DNA of 64,000 nucleotides. Source: Escherichia coli. Its GTDB lineage: Bacteria > Pseudomonadota > Gammaproteobacteria > Enterobacterales > Enterobacteriaceae. The translations under genes were made by a program, and so were the position numbers. Positions 17,043 to 28,842 of the stretch are shown piece after piece (the stretch's first letter is position 1; each line of letters opens with the position of its first letter). The stretch lies in the NCBI RefSeq assembly GCF_016903815.1, contig NZ_CP069973.1; one strand, given 5' to 3'. The notes beneath the pieces are model-generated. The model ran no database searches. It was not told where the DNA came from and saw only the letters and a program-made list of their open reading frames with translations.

Positions 17043-18344
17043 TTACAGCATGAAGCTACCCAGCACGAAGCCGAAGCAAACGGCAAGGGCAACACCCAGA
17101 GTACCCGGGATGAAGAACGGATGGTTGAAGACGAATTTACCGATACGGGTAGTACCCGTGTCATCCATCTGTACCGCAGCAACCAGCGTCGGGTAGGTTG
17201 GCAGAATGAACAGACCAGACACCGCAGCGAAAGAAGCAACAGCGGTCAGCGGAGAAACGTTCAGTGCCAGAGCCATCGGCATCAGTGCTTTTGCGGTTGC
17301 AGCCTGAGAGTACAGCAGAGCAGAAGCAAAGAAGAAGATGACGGCCAGCAGCCACGGATGACCCTGAATCACTTCACCAGCGGTATCTTTGATCCAGTCG
17401 ATGTTGTTGGAAACGAAAGTATCGCCCAGCCATGCAACACCCAGGATACAAATACAGGCGCTCATACCTGCTTTGAAGGTGCTGGAGTTGAGGATGTTGT
17501 CGGTATCGACTTTACAGATAACGGTGGTCAGAGTTGCAACGCTGAGCATGATGATCAGGATTGCGTTGGTGGTGTTCATCAGCGGTTTTTCAACCAGACC
17601 CATGCTTGGGCTGTTGATGATTGCATAGATAACAACGCCAACTACGCCCAGCAGGAACAGCCAGACGGACGTTTTTGCACCGGATTTGATTTCAATCTGC
17701 TTTTCACCGCGCAGTTCAACCAGGCCTTCTTCCAGACGCTTGCGATAAATCGGATCGTCAGAGAGTTTGGAGTTGAACAGCATAGTGACCAGGAAGGACA
17801 TCACCAGAACCGCCAGCAGGGTGGACGGGATGACCACGGAGAGCAGATGGAGGTAGCTGATGCCATGACCTTCCATTACGGAAGACATGTAAACCACTGC
17901 CGCTGAGATTGGCGATGCGGTGATCGCAATCTGCGCGGATACCACTGCAGTAGACAGCGGACGGCAAGGTTTAACGCCTTGTTCCTTCGCAACTTCAGCG
18001 ATAACTGGCAGTGTCGCCAGAGAGATGTTGCCAGTACCAGCAAAGATAGTCAGGAAATAGGTCACGATCGGTGCGAGGATCGTGATGTATTTCGGGTTAC
18101 GGCGCAGCAGCTTTTCTGTCTGATGAACCAGATAGTCCAGACCGCCAGCAACCTGCATGGCAGAAATAGCGGCGATAACCGCCATGATAATGGAAATGAC
18201 ATCGAACGGGATGTTACCGGGTTTAACGCCAATAGCGGCAAGAACCAGCACCCCCAATCCGCCTGCAAAACCAATACCTATTCCCCCCAATCTGGCGCCC
18301 AAGAAGATCGCCAGCAAAACTATGATGAGTTCTACAACTAGCAT
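17043..18344 (-). CDS. dcuA: Anaerobic C4-dicarboxylate transporter DcuA
   Basis: A 433-aa polytopic protein in the conserved aspA-dcuA arrangement. Confidence 0.95.
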   Translation of the reverse strand: MLVVELIIVLLAIFLGARLGGIGIGFAGGLGVLVLAAIGVKPGNIPFDVISIIMAVIAAISAMQVAGGLDYLVHQTEKLLRRNPKYITILAPIVTYFLTIFAGTGNISLATLPVIAEVAKEQGVKPCRPLSTAVVSAQIAITASPISAAVVYMSSVMEGHGISYLHLLSVVIPSTLLAVLVMSFLVTMLFNSKLSDDPIYRKRLEEGLVELRGEKQIEIKSGAKTSVWLFLLGVVGVVIYAIINSPSMGLVEKPLMNTTNAILIIMLSVATLTTVICKVDTDNILNSSTFKAGMSACICILGVAWLGDTFVSNNIDWIKDTAGEVIQGHPWLLAVIFFFASALLYSQAATAKALMPMALALNVSPLTAVASFAAVSGLFILPTYPTLVAAVQMDDTGTTRIGKFVFNHPFFIPGTLGVALAVCFGFVLGSFML

Positions 18345-18408
18345 ATTAGCCTTCCTTGTTTTTTAACAAGTTGATATTAGATTGTTATTTTTAAGTTACT
18401 GCTCACAA

Positions 18409-18442
18409 GAAAAAAGGCACGTCATCTGACGTGCCTTTTTTA
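18409..18442 (-). terminator. Bidirectional rho-independent terminator after aspA
   Basis: The hairpin AGGCACGTCAGATGACGTGCCT is flanked by an A-run and a T-run (AAAAAAGGCACG...CGTGCCTTTTTT). Confidence 0.75.
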
Positions 18443-18461
18443 TTTGTACTACCCTGTACGA

Positions 18462-19898
18462 TTACTGTTCGCTTTCATCAGTATAGCGTTTTGCTTTGTA
18501 AGCCGGGTGCATCAGATTCTGTACGGAGAAAATATCGTCAAGTTCCGCTTCAGTCAACAGACCGCGTTCCAGAACGACTTCACGTACACTCTTACCGGTT
18601 TCGGCACAGATTTTACCCACGATGTCACCGTTGTGGTGACCGATGAACGGGTTCAGGTAAGTAACGATACCGATAGAGTTGTAAACGTAACCTTCGCACA
18701 CTTCTTTGTTAGCAGTGATGCCGTTAATGCATTTTTCCAGCAGGTTGTAGCAAGCGTTGGTCAGAATGTGAACGGATTCGAACATAGCCTGGCCAATGAC
18801 CGGCTCCATAACGTTCAACTGCAGCTGACCTGCTTCTGCTGCCATGGTAACAGTGGTGTCGTTACCGATGACTTTGAAGCATACCTGGTTAACCACTTCC
18901 GGAACAACCGGGTTTACTTTAGCTGGCATGATGGAAGAGCCCGCCTGCAGTTCCGGCAGGTTGATCTCGTTCAGGCCGGCACGTGGACCAGAAGAGAGCA
19001 AGCGCAGGTCGTTACAGATTTTGGACATCTTCACAGCCAGGCGTTTCAGCGCGCCGTGAACCATTACATAAGCGCCGCAGTCAGAGGTCGCTTCGATCAG
19101 GTCTTCAGCCGGTACGCATGGGAAGCCAGTGACTTCAGCCAGTTTTTTCACTGCCAGCGGAGAGTACTCTTTCGGCGTGTTCAGACCAGTACCGATTGCT
19201 GTTGCGCCAAGGTTAACTTCCAGCAGCAGTTCAGCGGTACGTTGGATATTTTTCACTTCTTCTTTCAGCAGGATGCTGAAAGCGCGGAATTCCTGACCGA
19301 GGGTCATCGGTACTGCGTCCTGCAGCTGGGTACGACCCATTTTCAGGATGTCCTGGAATTCGACAGCTTTACGTTCAAAGCCTTCACGCAGTTGGTTAAT
19401 CGCATCTACCAGCTTAATCAGGGAAGAGTAAACTGCGATACGGAAACCGGTCGGGTAGGCGTCGTTAGTGGACTGACATTTGTTAACATGGTCGTTCGGG
19501 TTCAGGTACTGATATTCACCTTTCTGGTGACCCATCAGTTCCAGACCGATATTGGCCAGCACTTCGTTGGTGTTCATGTTTACGGAAGTACCTGCGCCGC
19601 CCTGGTAGACGTCTACCGGGAACTGATCCATGCATTTTCCGTTGTTCAGGACTTCATCACATGCGGCAATGATGGCATTCGCTACACTTTTAGGAATGGT
19701 TTGCAGCTCTTTGTTTGCCATAGCTGCGGCTTTTTTAACCATTACCATACCGCGAACAAATTCAGGAATATCACTGATTTTGTTGTTGCTGATATAGAAG
19801 TTTTCAATCGCTCTCAGAGTGTGAACACCATAGTAGGCATCAGCTGGAACTTCCCTGGTACCCAACAGATCTTCTTCGATACGAATGTTGTTTGACAT
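18462..19898 (-). CDS. aspA: Aspartate ammonia-lyase
   Basis: Matches K-12 AspA from [34 protein letters not shown] (478 aa). The ORF track starts 45 nt too far upstream. Confidence 0.97.
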
Positions 19899-20085
19899 GT
19901 GAACCTTCTTTTTCAAGCTGCCAATGATTTGCTTTAAACACACAGAATATATGTGGTTTCGAATGTTTTTCGACCGACGATTATCCCCTGCATCGACCGA
20001 ATACCCGAGATCATATGCTGCTTGAGGATTTCTACCGTAATCTGGATCACTTTAAGTGTCGGTTTTTACCCCTTAATTATTAATT

Positions 20086-20101
20086 TGTGAAATAGATCAC
20101 C
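20086..20101. promoter_or_regulatory. CRP-like binding site upstream of aspA
   Basis: TGTGAAATAGATCACC fits TGTGA-N6-TCACA, ~190 nt upstream of the aspA start. aspA is known to be CRP-activated. Confidence 0.4.
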
Positions 20102-20234
20102 GCTTTGGGATTACTACCAAAAATAGTTGCGCAAACATCTTGAAATTTTGCTAATGACCACAATATAAGCTGAACGCGATTCGCAACCCATTCAGGTAGC
20201 CGGGGTTAACCGGCTGCTATTACAGGAGAAACCT

Positions 20235-20711
20235 TTGCGCTGGTTACCTTTTATTGCCATTTTCCTTTATGTCTATATTGAGATTTCAATCTTTATTCAG
20301 GTTGCCCATGTATTGGGGGTATTGCTGACCCTCGTGCTGGTTATATTCACGTCAGTTATCGGTATGTCACTGGTACGTAACCAGGGCTTTAAGAATTTCG
20401 TGCTGATGCAGCAAAAAATGGCGGCGGGTGAAAACCCAGCGGCGGAGATGATTAAAAGTGTTTCGCTGATCATTGCCGGTTTGCTGCTTTTATTACCGGG
20501 CTTTTTCACCGACTTCCTTGGTCTTCTGCTTTTATTACCGCCGGTGCAAAAGCATCTGACAGTGAAGTTGATGCCACATTTGCGCTTTTCTCGCATGCCA
20601 GGCGGCGGTTTTAGCGCCGGGACCGGTGGCGGTAATACTTTTGATGGTGAGTACCAGCGAAAGGATGATGACCGCGACCGCCTTGATCATAAAGACGATC
20701 GCCAGGATTAA
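20235..20711 (+). CDS. fxsA: Inner-membrane protein FxsA
   Basis: 158 aa, MRWLPFIAIFLYVYIEISIFIQVAHVLG..., with a TTG start preceded by AGGAGA. Confidence 0.93.
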   Translation: MRWLPFIAIFLYVYIEISIFIQVAHVLGVLLTLVLVIFTSVIGMSLVRNQGFKNFVLMQQKMAAGENPAAEMIKSVSLIIAGLLLLLPGFFTDFLGLLLLLPPVQKHLTVKLMPHLRFSRMPGGGFSAGTGGGNTFDGEYQRKDDDRDRLDHKDDRQD

Positions 20712-20726
20712 TGTCGAAACGCCGGA

Positions 20727-21983
20727 TTATGTGGTTATGCCATTTTCCGGCGTTTTTCGTTTTGGCAGAAACAGCCATAACCCCGCCAGCATGATCAGCG
20801 CATAGAGACTTTTCCAGCCGACCATTGCCAGTAACAGAACGCATAACAGCCCGCCAACCACCGCCAGTAGTCGATAACGTCCTTGCAATAATTTACAGCC
20901 TGCCAGCATGCATAACAGATAAATCATAATAAAGATGCCATTGGCATAGATGATAAGTGCGTCCAGATTGATCTCTAAAGCATGAATCACCAACGTGCTC
21001 ACCACGCAGCAGCCGAGCACCGCATTGAGGGCATTATTCGGGATATGACGAGAAGAGAGGCGTGCCAGGTAGTGGTCAGGATTATGTTGCGCCTGCGACC
21101 AGACCAGGCGGGCGAAGCTCTGTATATAAATGTTGAGGCTGGCAAAGCAGGCCAGATAGCCAATCACGCAGGCAATCCATAACGCTCCTACACCGAACAA
21201 CTGCACTACAATTTTTGGAAGCGATGCTGCTGCCGCCATTTGTTCACCATAGGCGTCGAAGTGTAAGACGACTACCGTACAGCCCCAGTAGACTAATCCT
21301 GCCAGCAGCAGACCAATCATCAAAGCACGAGGAAAATCACGCTCTGGATTTTTAAATTCCGAGGCAAGATGGGCAAATGCTTCCAGACCGACAAAGCACC
21401 AGAACATCACTGATAACGCAGCAAATAACCCGGTAAGTTCGATATTACCAGGTGCAGGGAAGGGGATATTCGCAGGTTTGATATCGCCCGCCCACCAGAT
21501 AGCGACAATCAGCGCGACGATAAGTCCGGCAATAACTGTTTGTAGATTAGCACTGGAACTAGCACCGCGAGTACCGATATACCACACCAGCGCCAGCGTA
21601 CCGAGTTCTGCCAACAACAGTTGCCAGCTATGCCAGCCAAACATTGCCTGGCCGAACCCGGCGGCAATTTGTAGCGCGGCAGGCAAACCCACGGGAATGA
21701 CCGATAAAAACAACCAGCCGGTGACTCGCTCAAGCCGCGAACCAAACGCCATACCGACGAAGTGCGCGACACCGCCTGCGCTGGGATAGTGGCGACCCAG
21801 AATCGCAAACACAATCGCAATCGGGAACACTAAGATAATCAAAACGGGCCACGCCCACAGGCTGTTATTGCCCGCTACCAGCGCAGCTAACGCAGGAACG
21901 GCAAACACGCCAGTGCCTAATAATGACGTCGATAGCAGGCCAATGCCCTGGGCCAGCCCCAGTTCTTGTTTGAGTCTACTCAT
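20727..21983 (-). CDS. yjeH: L-methionine/branched-chain amino acid exporter YjeH
   Basis: Matches K-12 YjeH from MS(R)LKQELGLAQGIGLLSTSLLGTGVFAVPALAA (418 aa). Confidence 0.93.
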   Translation of the reverse strand: MSRLKQELGLAQGIGLLSTSLLGTGVFAVPALAALVAGNNSLWAWPVLIILVFPIAIVFAILGRHYPSAGGVAHFVGMAFGSRLERVTGWLFLSVIPVGLPAALQIAAGFGQAMFGWHSWQLLLAELGTLALVWYIGTRGASSSANLQTVIAGLIVALIVAIWWAGDIKPANIPFPAPGNIELTGLFAALSVMFWCFVGLEAFAHLASEFKNPERDFPRALMIGLLLAGLVYWGCTVVVLHFDAYGEQMAAAASLPKIVVQLFGVGALWIACVIGYLACFASLNIYIQSFARLVWSQAQHNPDHYLARLSSRHIPNNALNAVLGCCVVSTLVIHALEINLDALIIYANGIFIMIYLLCMLAGCKLLQGRYRLLAVVGGLLCVLLLAMVGWKSLYALIMLAGLWLFLPKRKTPENGITT

Positions 21984-22145
21984 GGGTTGATGTCCGATTG
22001 CGCCCAAATTATGGGCAACTGCGTAGATTTTCGATGGTAGCACAATCAGATTCGCTTATGACGGTGATGAAGAAATTGCGATGAAATGTGAGGTGAATCA
22101 GGGTTTTCACCCGATTTTGTGCTGATCAGAATTTTTTTTCTTTTT

Positions 22146-22179
22146 CCCCCTTGAAGGGGCGAAGCCTCATCCCCATTTC
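22146..22179 (+). promoter_or_regulatory. sigma32 heat-shock promoter of groSL
   Basis: CCCCCTTGAA-N15-CCCCATTTC matches the sigma32 consensus (CTTGAA / CCCCATNT), ~80 nt upstream of groS. Confidence 0.8.
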
Positions 22180-22207
22180 TCTGGTCACCAGCCGGGAAAC
22201 CACGTAA

Positions 22208-22552
<345 letters not shown>

Positions 22553-22583
22553 TCCGCGCACGACACTGAACATACGAATTTAA

Positions 22584-24242
<1,659 letters not shown>

Positions 24243-24271
24243 TTGCCCTGCACCTCGCAGAAATAAACAAA

Positions 24272-24302
24272 CCCCCGGGCAGAAATGTCTGGGGGTTTTT
24301 CT
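24272..24302 (+). terminator. groSL rho-independent terminator
   Basis: The stem CCCCCGG...CTGGGGG is followed by a T-run. Confidence 0.8.
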
Positions 24303-24379
24303 TTTGGTCATCTTTCTAGTATAAGATTCAGACACGGACGACGCGAGTGGCGTCCAGCTCATTGATTATGGGGAATAAC

Positions 24380-24733
24380 ATGCACGTAAAATACTTAGCA
24401 GGGATTGTCGGTGCCGCGCTACTGATGGCGGGTTGTAGCTCCAGCAACGAATTGAGTGCTGCCGGTCAGAGTGTACGCATTGTGGACGAGCAGCCAGGCG
24501 CAGAGTGCCAGCTGATTGGTACTGCGACAGGTAAGCAAAGCAACTGGCTTTCCGGGCAACACGGTGAAGAGGGCGGTTCTATGCGCGGCGCAGCAAACGA
24601 TCTGCGCAACCAGGCGGCTGCAATGGGCGGTAACGTGATTTATGGCATCAGCAGCCCGTCGCAGGGGATGTTGTCCAGTTTTGTCCCGACGGATAGCCAG
24701 ATTATCGGCCAGGTATATAAGTGCCCGAACTGA
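24380..24733 (+). CDS. yjeI: Lipoprotein YjeI (DUF4156)
   Basis: MHVKYLAGIVGAALLMAGCSSSNE contains a lipobox (117 aa). Matches K-12 YjeI. Confidence 0.9.
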   Translation: MHVKYLAGIVGAALLMAGCSSSNELSAAGQSVRIVDEQPGAECQLIGTATGKQSNWLSGQHGEEGGSMRGAANDLRNQAAAMGGNVIYGISSPSQGMLSSFVPTDSQIIGQVYKCPN

Positions 24734-24782
24734 TGGGATCCAGAGGCTGGATACTTCCAGCCTCGTAGTAAAACAGATGGGA

Positions 24783-25652
24783 TTATTTCGCCTGTGGTGC
24801 AGTTTTGCTGGTGGATTGAACACGTAAGTGATGCAGCGCGCGTAAGCATTGATCCTGGGTTAGCGGTTGGGCGTTATTTGCCGCTACGGTGCGAACATAG
24901 ACCTGACATGGTACACCCGCGAGTTTTTTCAGTCGTGGGCTGAAATCAAGCATTCGGCGAGTGATCGCCTCCACTTCTTTACCCGGCGTTGCTTCACGCG
25001 TTTTCACCACTGCGCCGCTAAATTGTTCTTTGCCACTTTCATCTTTAAAGCGGTAAAGCACCGCCAGATAATGGTTGAACAAGTTATGTTTCCATTCCGG
25101 TTGGGAATAGGTGTCATATTCCAGATTGCCATTGTCCTGGCAGTCAACGTCGTATAACGGCAGGAAATCTAACAGTGAAGTAATACGTAATGCCAGTTCA
25201 CGCATTTCCGCATTATTAATTGCATGAATGATTGCTCGCGCCAGCATTTCAATCTGCAATTCATTGATGACTAACTCACATTTGCTACTGTCATGTAGCG
25301 TTAATACGAAGGTAAGATTTTCACCCTGATTATCGGTAAGTTCCAGCGTGTTAACCCGACGATTAATATCGGCATTTTTAAGCTCATCAACCAGAATTTC
25401 TGGTATATTTTCTGCCATTTTCTTAATGACTTTATCGCGAGCTTGCTCATACTGAAGGCGTGCAGCAGCATCCAGTTTATGCTTTTGATGCAGACGGCTT
25501 TCCAGCGCAATCAGAAGGTCGCGCAGTTCCATGACAGACAGAAAGAACAACGATTCTTTATTGCGAGGCTCTTTAATTTTCAGCGCCAGTGCAATGAAAT
25601 TATTACTCTTGCGAATAACACCGGTATTAACACCCTTGATGCTTATGGCCAT
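24783..25652 (-). CDS. yjeJ: Uncharacterised protein YjeJ
   Basis: A 289-aa ORF at the K-12 yjeJ position. The gene and its upstream region are AT-rich. Confidence 0.85.
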   Translation of the reverse strand: MAISIKGVNTGVIRKSNNFIALALKIKEPRNKESLFFLSVMELRDLLIALESRLHQKHKLDAAARLQYEQARDKVIKKMAENIPEILVDELKNADINRRVNTLELTDNQGENLTFVLTLHDSSKCELVINELQIEMLARAIIHAINNAEMRELALRITSLLDFLPLYDVDCQDNGNLEYDTYSQPEWKHNLFNHYLAVLYRFKDESGKEQFSGAVVKTREATPGKEVEAITRRMLDFSPRLKKLAGVPCQVYVRTVAANNAQPLTQDQCLRALHHLRVQSTSKTAPQAK

Positions 25653-25886
25653 GTAGGTTCTCCCTAACCATTTCTCAATTCAATAATTAATTTTAATTTA
25701 TAAGCCAGATAAATGGGCTTGGTAGTAATAGTTGTTAAAATAACATAAATAGCCGTGCTCACTCTATATAAACAGAAAAGAAAGGTTAATTATTGGTGTT
25801 GGTTATATAAAAAGTAATAACAGCAATGTATATGAATAATTAAAGGTTATGCAACGTGCAAAGATTAAACTTCCCTGTTTAATCAG

Positions 25887-26915
25887 TTACTGCTGGCGTA
25901 GCTGGAGATCCAGCGGCGTTTTGCTGGGTTCGCCGCCAATTTCTCGCGCCAGTTTAGGCACCAGATATCCCGACACCAGTGTCAGCAACTCACGCATAAT
26001 CTGCCGTGCTTCGTCATCACTCACCATAAAATGCGCCGCGCCCTGTACTTTATCGAGCACATGCAGGTAATACGGCATCACGCCGGCATCGAACAACGCA
26101 TTACTCAGGTTTGCCAGCGTTTGTGCGTTATCGTTCACGCCACGTAACAGAACGCTCTGGTTGAGCAAAGTAACGCCTACCCGGCGCAACTTAGCCATCG
26201 CCTGACGGAATGTTTCATCTATCTCATTGGCATGGTTGATGTGATTCACCAGCAAGATTTGCAGCGTAGAATGTGAAAAGCGTTCAACCAGCGCATCTGT
26301 GATGCGTGCCGGGATCACAATCGGCAGACGGCTGTGAATCCGCAGACGTTTGATATGCGGGATGGCTTCCAGTTGTGTGAGCAACCAGTCCAGCTCGTGA
26401 TCTTTCGCCATCAGCGGATCGCCGCCGGAGAAAATCATCTCGTCCAGTTCCGGATGCGCAGCAACATACTCAAGTGCAGTCTGCCAGTTACGCTTGTTGC
26501 CCTGATTTTCGGCATAGGGGAAGTGGCGACGGAAGCAATAGCGGCAATTTACCGCGCAGCCGCCTTTGACCAGCAAAAGCGCCCGGTTGTGGTATTTATG
26601 CAACAAACCTGGCACTACGCTGTGCTGTTCTTCCAGCGGGTCGGTGGAGAATCCGGGCGCGACGACAAACTCATCTTGCGAGGTAATTACCTGACGCAAA
26701 AGCGGATCGTTCGGATTGCCTTTCTCCATGCGATCGATAAATGAGCGGGGCACACGCAGGGCAAACAGCTTTTTGGCGCTGCATCCGGCCAACAGTTTTT
26801 CGTCCGCGTCTATATTCAAAAGACGCAGAAGTTCATCAGGATCGGTCACAACATCGGCAAGTTGCGTTAACCAATCTTCTCTGGATGGGGTATTTAGGGT
26901 TACAATATGCGCCAT
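25887..26915 (-). CDS. epmB: EF-P beta-lysylation: L-lysine 2,3-aminomutase EpmB (YjeK)
   Basis: 342 aa, with the radical-SAM motif CAVNCRYCFRR. It is divergent from efp. Confidence 0.95.
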   Translation of the reverse strand: MAHIVTLNTPSREDWLTQLADVVTDPDELLRLLNIDADEKLLAGCSAKKLFALRVPRSFIDRMEKGNPNDPLLRQVITSQDEFVVAPGFSTDPLEEQHSVVPGLLHKYHNRALLLVKGGCAVNCRYCFRRHFPYAENQGNKRNWQTALEYVAAHPELDEMIFSGGDPLMAKDHELDWLLTQLEAIPHIKRLRIHSRLPIVIPARITDALVERFSHSTLQILLVNHINHANEIDETFRQAMAKLRRVGVTLLNQSVLLRGVNDNAQTLANLSNALFDAGVMPYYLHVLDKVQGAAHFMVSDDEARQIMRELLTLVSGYLVPKLAREIGGEPSKTPLDLQLRQQ

Positions 26916-26956
26916 TTTGTGGCTTAGCTACCAATTAACAAATTTCAGAGGGCCTT

Positions 26957-27523
26957 ATGGCAACGTACTATAGCAACGATTTTCGTGCTGGTCTTAAAAT
27001 CATGTTAGACGGCGAACCTTACGCGGTTGAAGCGAGTGAATTCGTAAAACCGGGTAAAGGCCAGGCATTTGCTCGCGTTAAACTGCGTCGTCTGCTGACC
27101 GGTACTCGCGTAGAAAAAACCTTCAAATCTACTGATTCCGCTGAAGGTGCTGATGTTGTCGATATGAACCTGACTTACCTGTACAACGACGGTGAGTTCT
27201 GGCACTTCATGAACAACGAAACTTTCGAGCAGCTGTCTGCTGATGCAAAAGCAATTGGCGACAACGCCAAATGGTTGCTGGATCAGGCAGAGTGTATCGT
27301 AACTCTGTGGAATGGTCAGCCGATCTCCGTTACTCCGCCGAACTTCGTTGAACTGGAAATCGTGGATACCGATCCGGGCCTGAAAGGTGATACCGCAGGT
27401 ACTGGCGGCAAACCGGCTACCCTGTCTACTGGCGCTGTGGTTAAAGTTCCGCTGTTTGTACAAATCGGCGAAGTCATCAAAGTGGATACCCGCTCTGGTG
27501 AATACGTCTCTCGCGTGAAGTAA
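26957..27523 (+). CDS. efp: Elongation factor P
   Basis: 188 aa, [46 protein letters not shown]... Confidence 0.98.
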
Positions 27524-27574
27524 TGCGGTTGTGGTGCGGCCTGCAGGCTGCACCATCACTTATTCAGGTCAGAG

Positions 27575-27700
27575 ATGATGAAACGCCTTATCGTTCTTGT
27601 TTTGCTTGCCAGTGCGCTGCTCACGGGCTGTAACACCGCTCGCGGTTTTGGTGAAGACATTAAACATCTCGGTAATTCCATCTCCCGCGCTGCCAGCTAA
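27575..27700 (+). CDS. ecnA: Entericidin A lipoprotein (antidote)
   Basis: Hand-translated 41 aa, MMKRLIVLVLLASALLTGCNTARGFGEDIKHLGNSISRAAS, with a lipobox LTGC. It is below the ORF-track size cutoff. Confidence 0.9.
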   Translation: MMKRLIVLVLLASALLTGCNTARGFGEDIKHLGNSISRAAS

Positions 27701-27810
27701 TTTTTCTTCTCTTCCGAAAAATCATCAGATTTCCATCATTTTTGGTGATGTTGTCTATTATTAATTTGCTATAGGCAAACATAAATAACATTACCTAAAA
27801 GGAAGACGTT

Positions 27811-27957
27811 ATGGTGAAGAAGACAATTGCAGCGATCTTTTCTGTTCTGGTGCTTTCAACAGTATTAACTGCCTGCAACACCACGCGTGGCGTTGGTGAA
27901 GACATTTCTGATGGCGGTAACGCGATTTCTGGCGCAGCAACGAAAGCGCAGCAGTAA
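27811..27957 (+). CDS. ecnB: Entericidin B lipoprotein (toxin)
   Basis: Hand-translated 48 aa, [48 protein letters not shown], with an AAGGAAG SD upstream. Confidence 0.9.
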
Positions 27958-27993
27958 GCAATAACGGTACGACAGTTATGTCGTGCCGTTTGT

Positions 27994-28705
27994 TGTGCAC
28001 AGAAAACCCCCAGCTAGGCTGGGGGTTCCGGAAAGCTTTCAGCTTTGAGCCAGTTATTAAAACCCCTTTTGATTTGTTAAAACACCTTGCGGTCTGGCAA
28101 CTGCAAGTGTCAAACAAGAAATCAAAAGGGGGTCCCAATGGGGAACGAAAAGAGCTTAGCGCACACCCGATGGAACTGTAAATATCACATAGTTTTTGCG
28201 CCAAAATACCGAAGACAGGTGTTCTACAGAGAGAAGCGTAGAGCAATAGGCAGTATTTTGAGAAAGCTGTGTGAGTGGAAAAGCGTACGGATTCTGGAAG
28301 CTGAATGCTGTGCAGATCATATCCATATGCTTGTGGAGATCCCGCCCAAAATGAGCGTATCCGGGTTTATGGGATATCTGAAAGGGAAAAGCAGTCTGAT
28401 GCTTTACGAGCAGTTTGGTGATTTGAAATTCAAATACAGGAACAGGGAGTTCTGGTGCAGAGGGTACTACGTCGATACAGTGGGTAAGAACACGGCGAAG
28501 ATACAGGATTACATAAAGCACCAGCTTGAAGAGGATAAAATGGGAGAGCAGTTATCGATTCCCTATCCGGGCAGCCCGTTTACGGGCCGTAAGTAACGAA
28601 GTTGGATGCAAATGTCAGATCGTGTGCGCCTGTTAGGGCGCGGCTGGTAAGAGAGCCTTATAGGCGCATTTGAAAAACCTCCGGCTATGCCGGAGGATAT
28701 TTATT
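27994..28705 (+). mobile_element. IS200 (IS200/IS605 family); ends approximate (+/- ~15 bp)
   Basis: It contains a Y1 (HUH) TnpA gene. A left-end hairpin AACCCCCAGC-TAG-GCTGGGGGTT lies at 28005-28027. A long 5'-UTR stem (CCCCTTTTGATTTGTT 28063-28078 pairing with AACAAGAAATCAAAAGGGG 28113-28131) occludes the SD. A right-end hairpin CCTCCGGCTATGCCGGAGG lies at 28678-28696. All of this matches the described IS200 architecture (~0.7 kb). Confidence 0.85.
28138..28596 (+). CDS. tnpA: IS200 transposase TnpA (Y1 HUH)
   Basis: 152 aa, MGNEKSLAHTRWNCKYHIVFAPKYRRQVFYREKRRAIGSILRKLCEWKSVRILEAECCADHIHMLVEIPPK..., with the HUH motif HIH and a downstream catalytic Tyr region. The ORF-track start 51 nt upstream was rejected. 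Confidence 0.93.
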   Translation: MGNEKSLAHTRWNCKYHIVFAPKYRRQVFYREKRRAIGSILRKLCEWKSVRILEAECCADHIHMLVEIPPKMSVSGFMGYLKGKSSLMLYEQFGDLKFKYRNREFWCRGYYVDTVGKNTAKIQDYIKHQLEEDKMGEQLSIPYPGSPFTGRK

Positions 28706-28778
28706 TTTTTGCGATAGTCACAAAGGTAATAGTTGAAATTCCCCTGCCACCTGGCAAAATATCCGTTCAACCATCAGC

Positions 28779-28824
28779 TTTGCAGGACGACCTGCAAACG
28801 CCTCTTTTCACCGGGGACGGCCCC
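28779..28824 (+). promoter_or_regulatory. Guanidine-II riboswitch (mini-ykkC) in the gdx leader
   Basis: There are two hairpins, each with an ACGR tetraloop: TTGCAGG-ACGA-CCTGCAA (28779-28797) and GGGG-ACGG-CCCC (28813-28824). They are followed by CTCCGGAG containing the SD, 8 nt before the gdx ATG. Confidence 0.8.
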
Positions 28825-28842
28825 AATTCTCCGGAGCCTGAT

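Noticed and set aside
18444-19895. 483-aa plus-strand ORF covering the whole of aspA on the opposite strand
   Set aside because: This is a shadow ORF antisense to a highly conserved, codon-biased gene. Its product is low-complexity and Val/Phe/Asn-rich, resembles no family, and has no SD.
27809-28246. 145-aa minus-strand ORF overlapping ecnB and the IS200 left end
   Set aside because: It spans two unrelated sequence blocks (core gene and IS) on the antisense strand, so it cannot be an ancestral gene. It has no SD.
28687-28842. N-terminal extension of gdx/sugE in the ORF track (157 aa vs 105 aa)
   Set aside because: The extension starts inside the IS200 right-end hairpin and reads through both riboswitch hairpins. 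The K-12-type start at 28843 has a proper SD.
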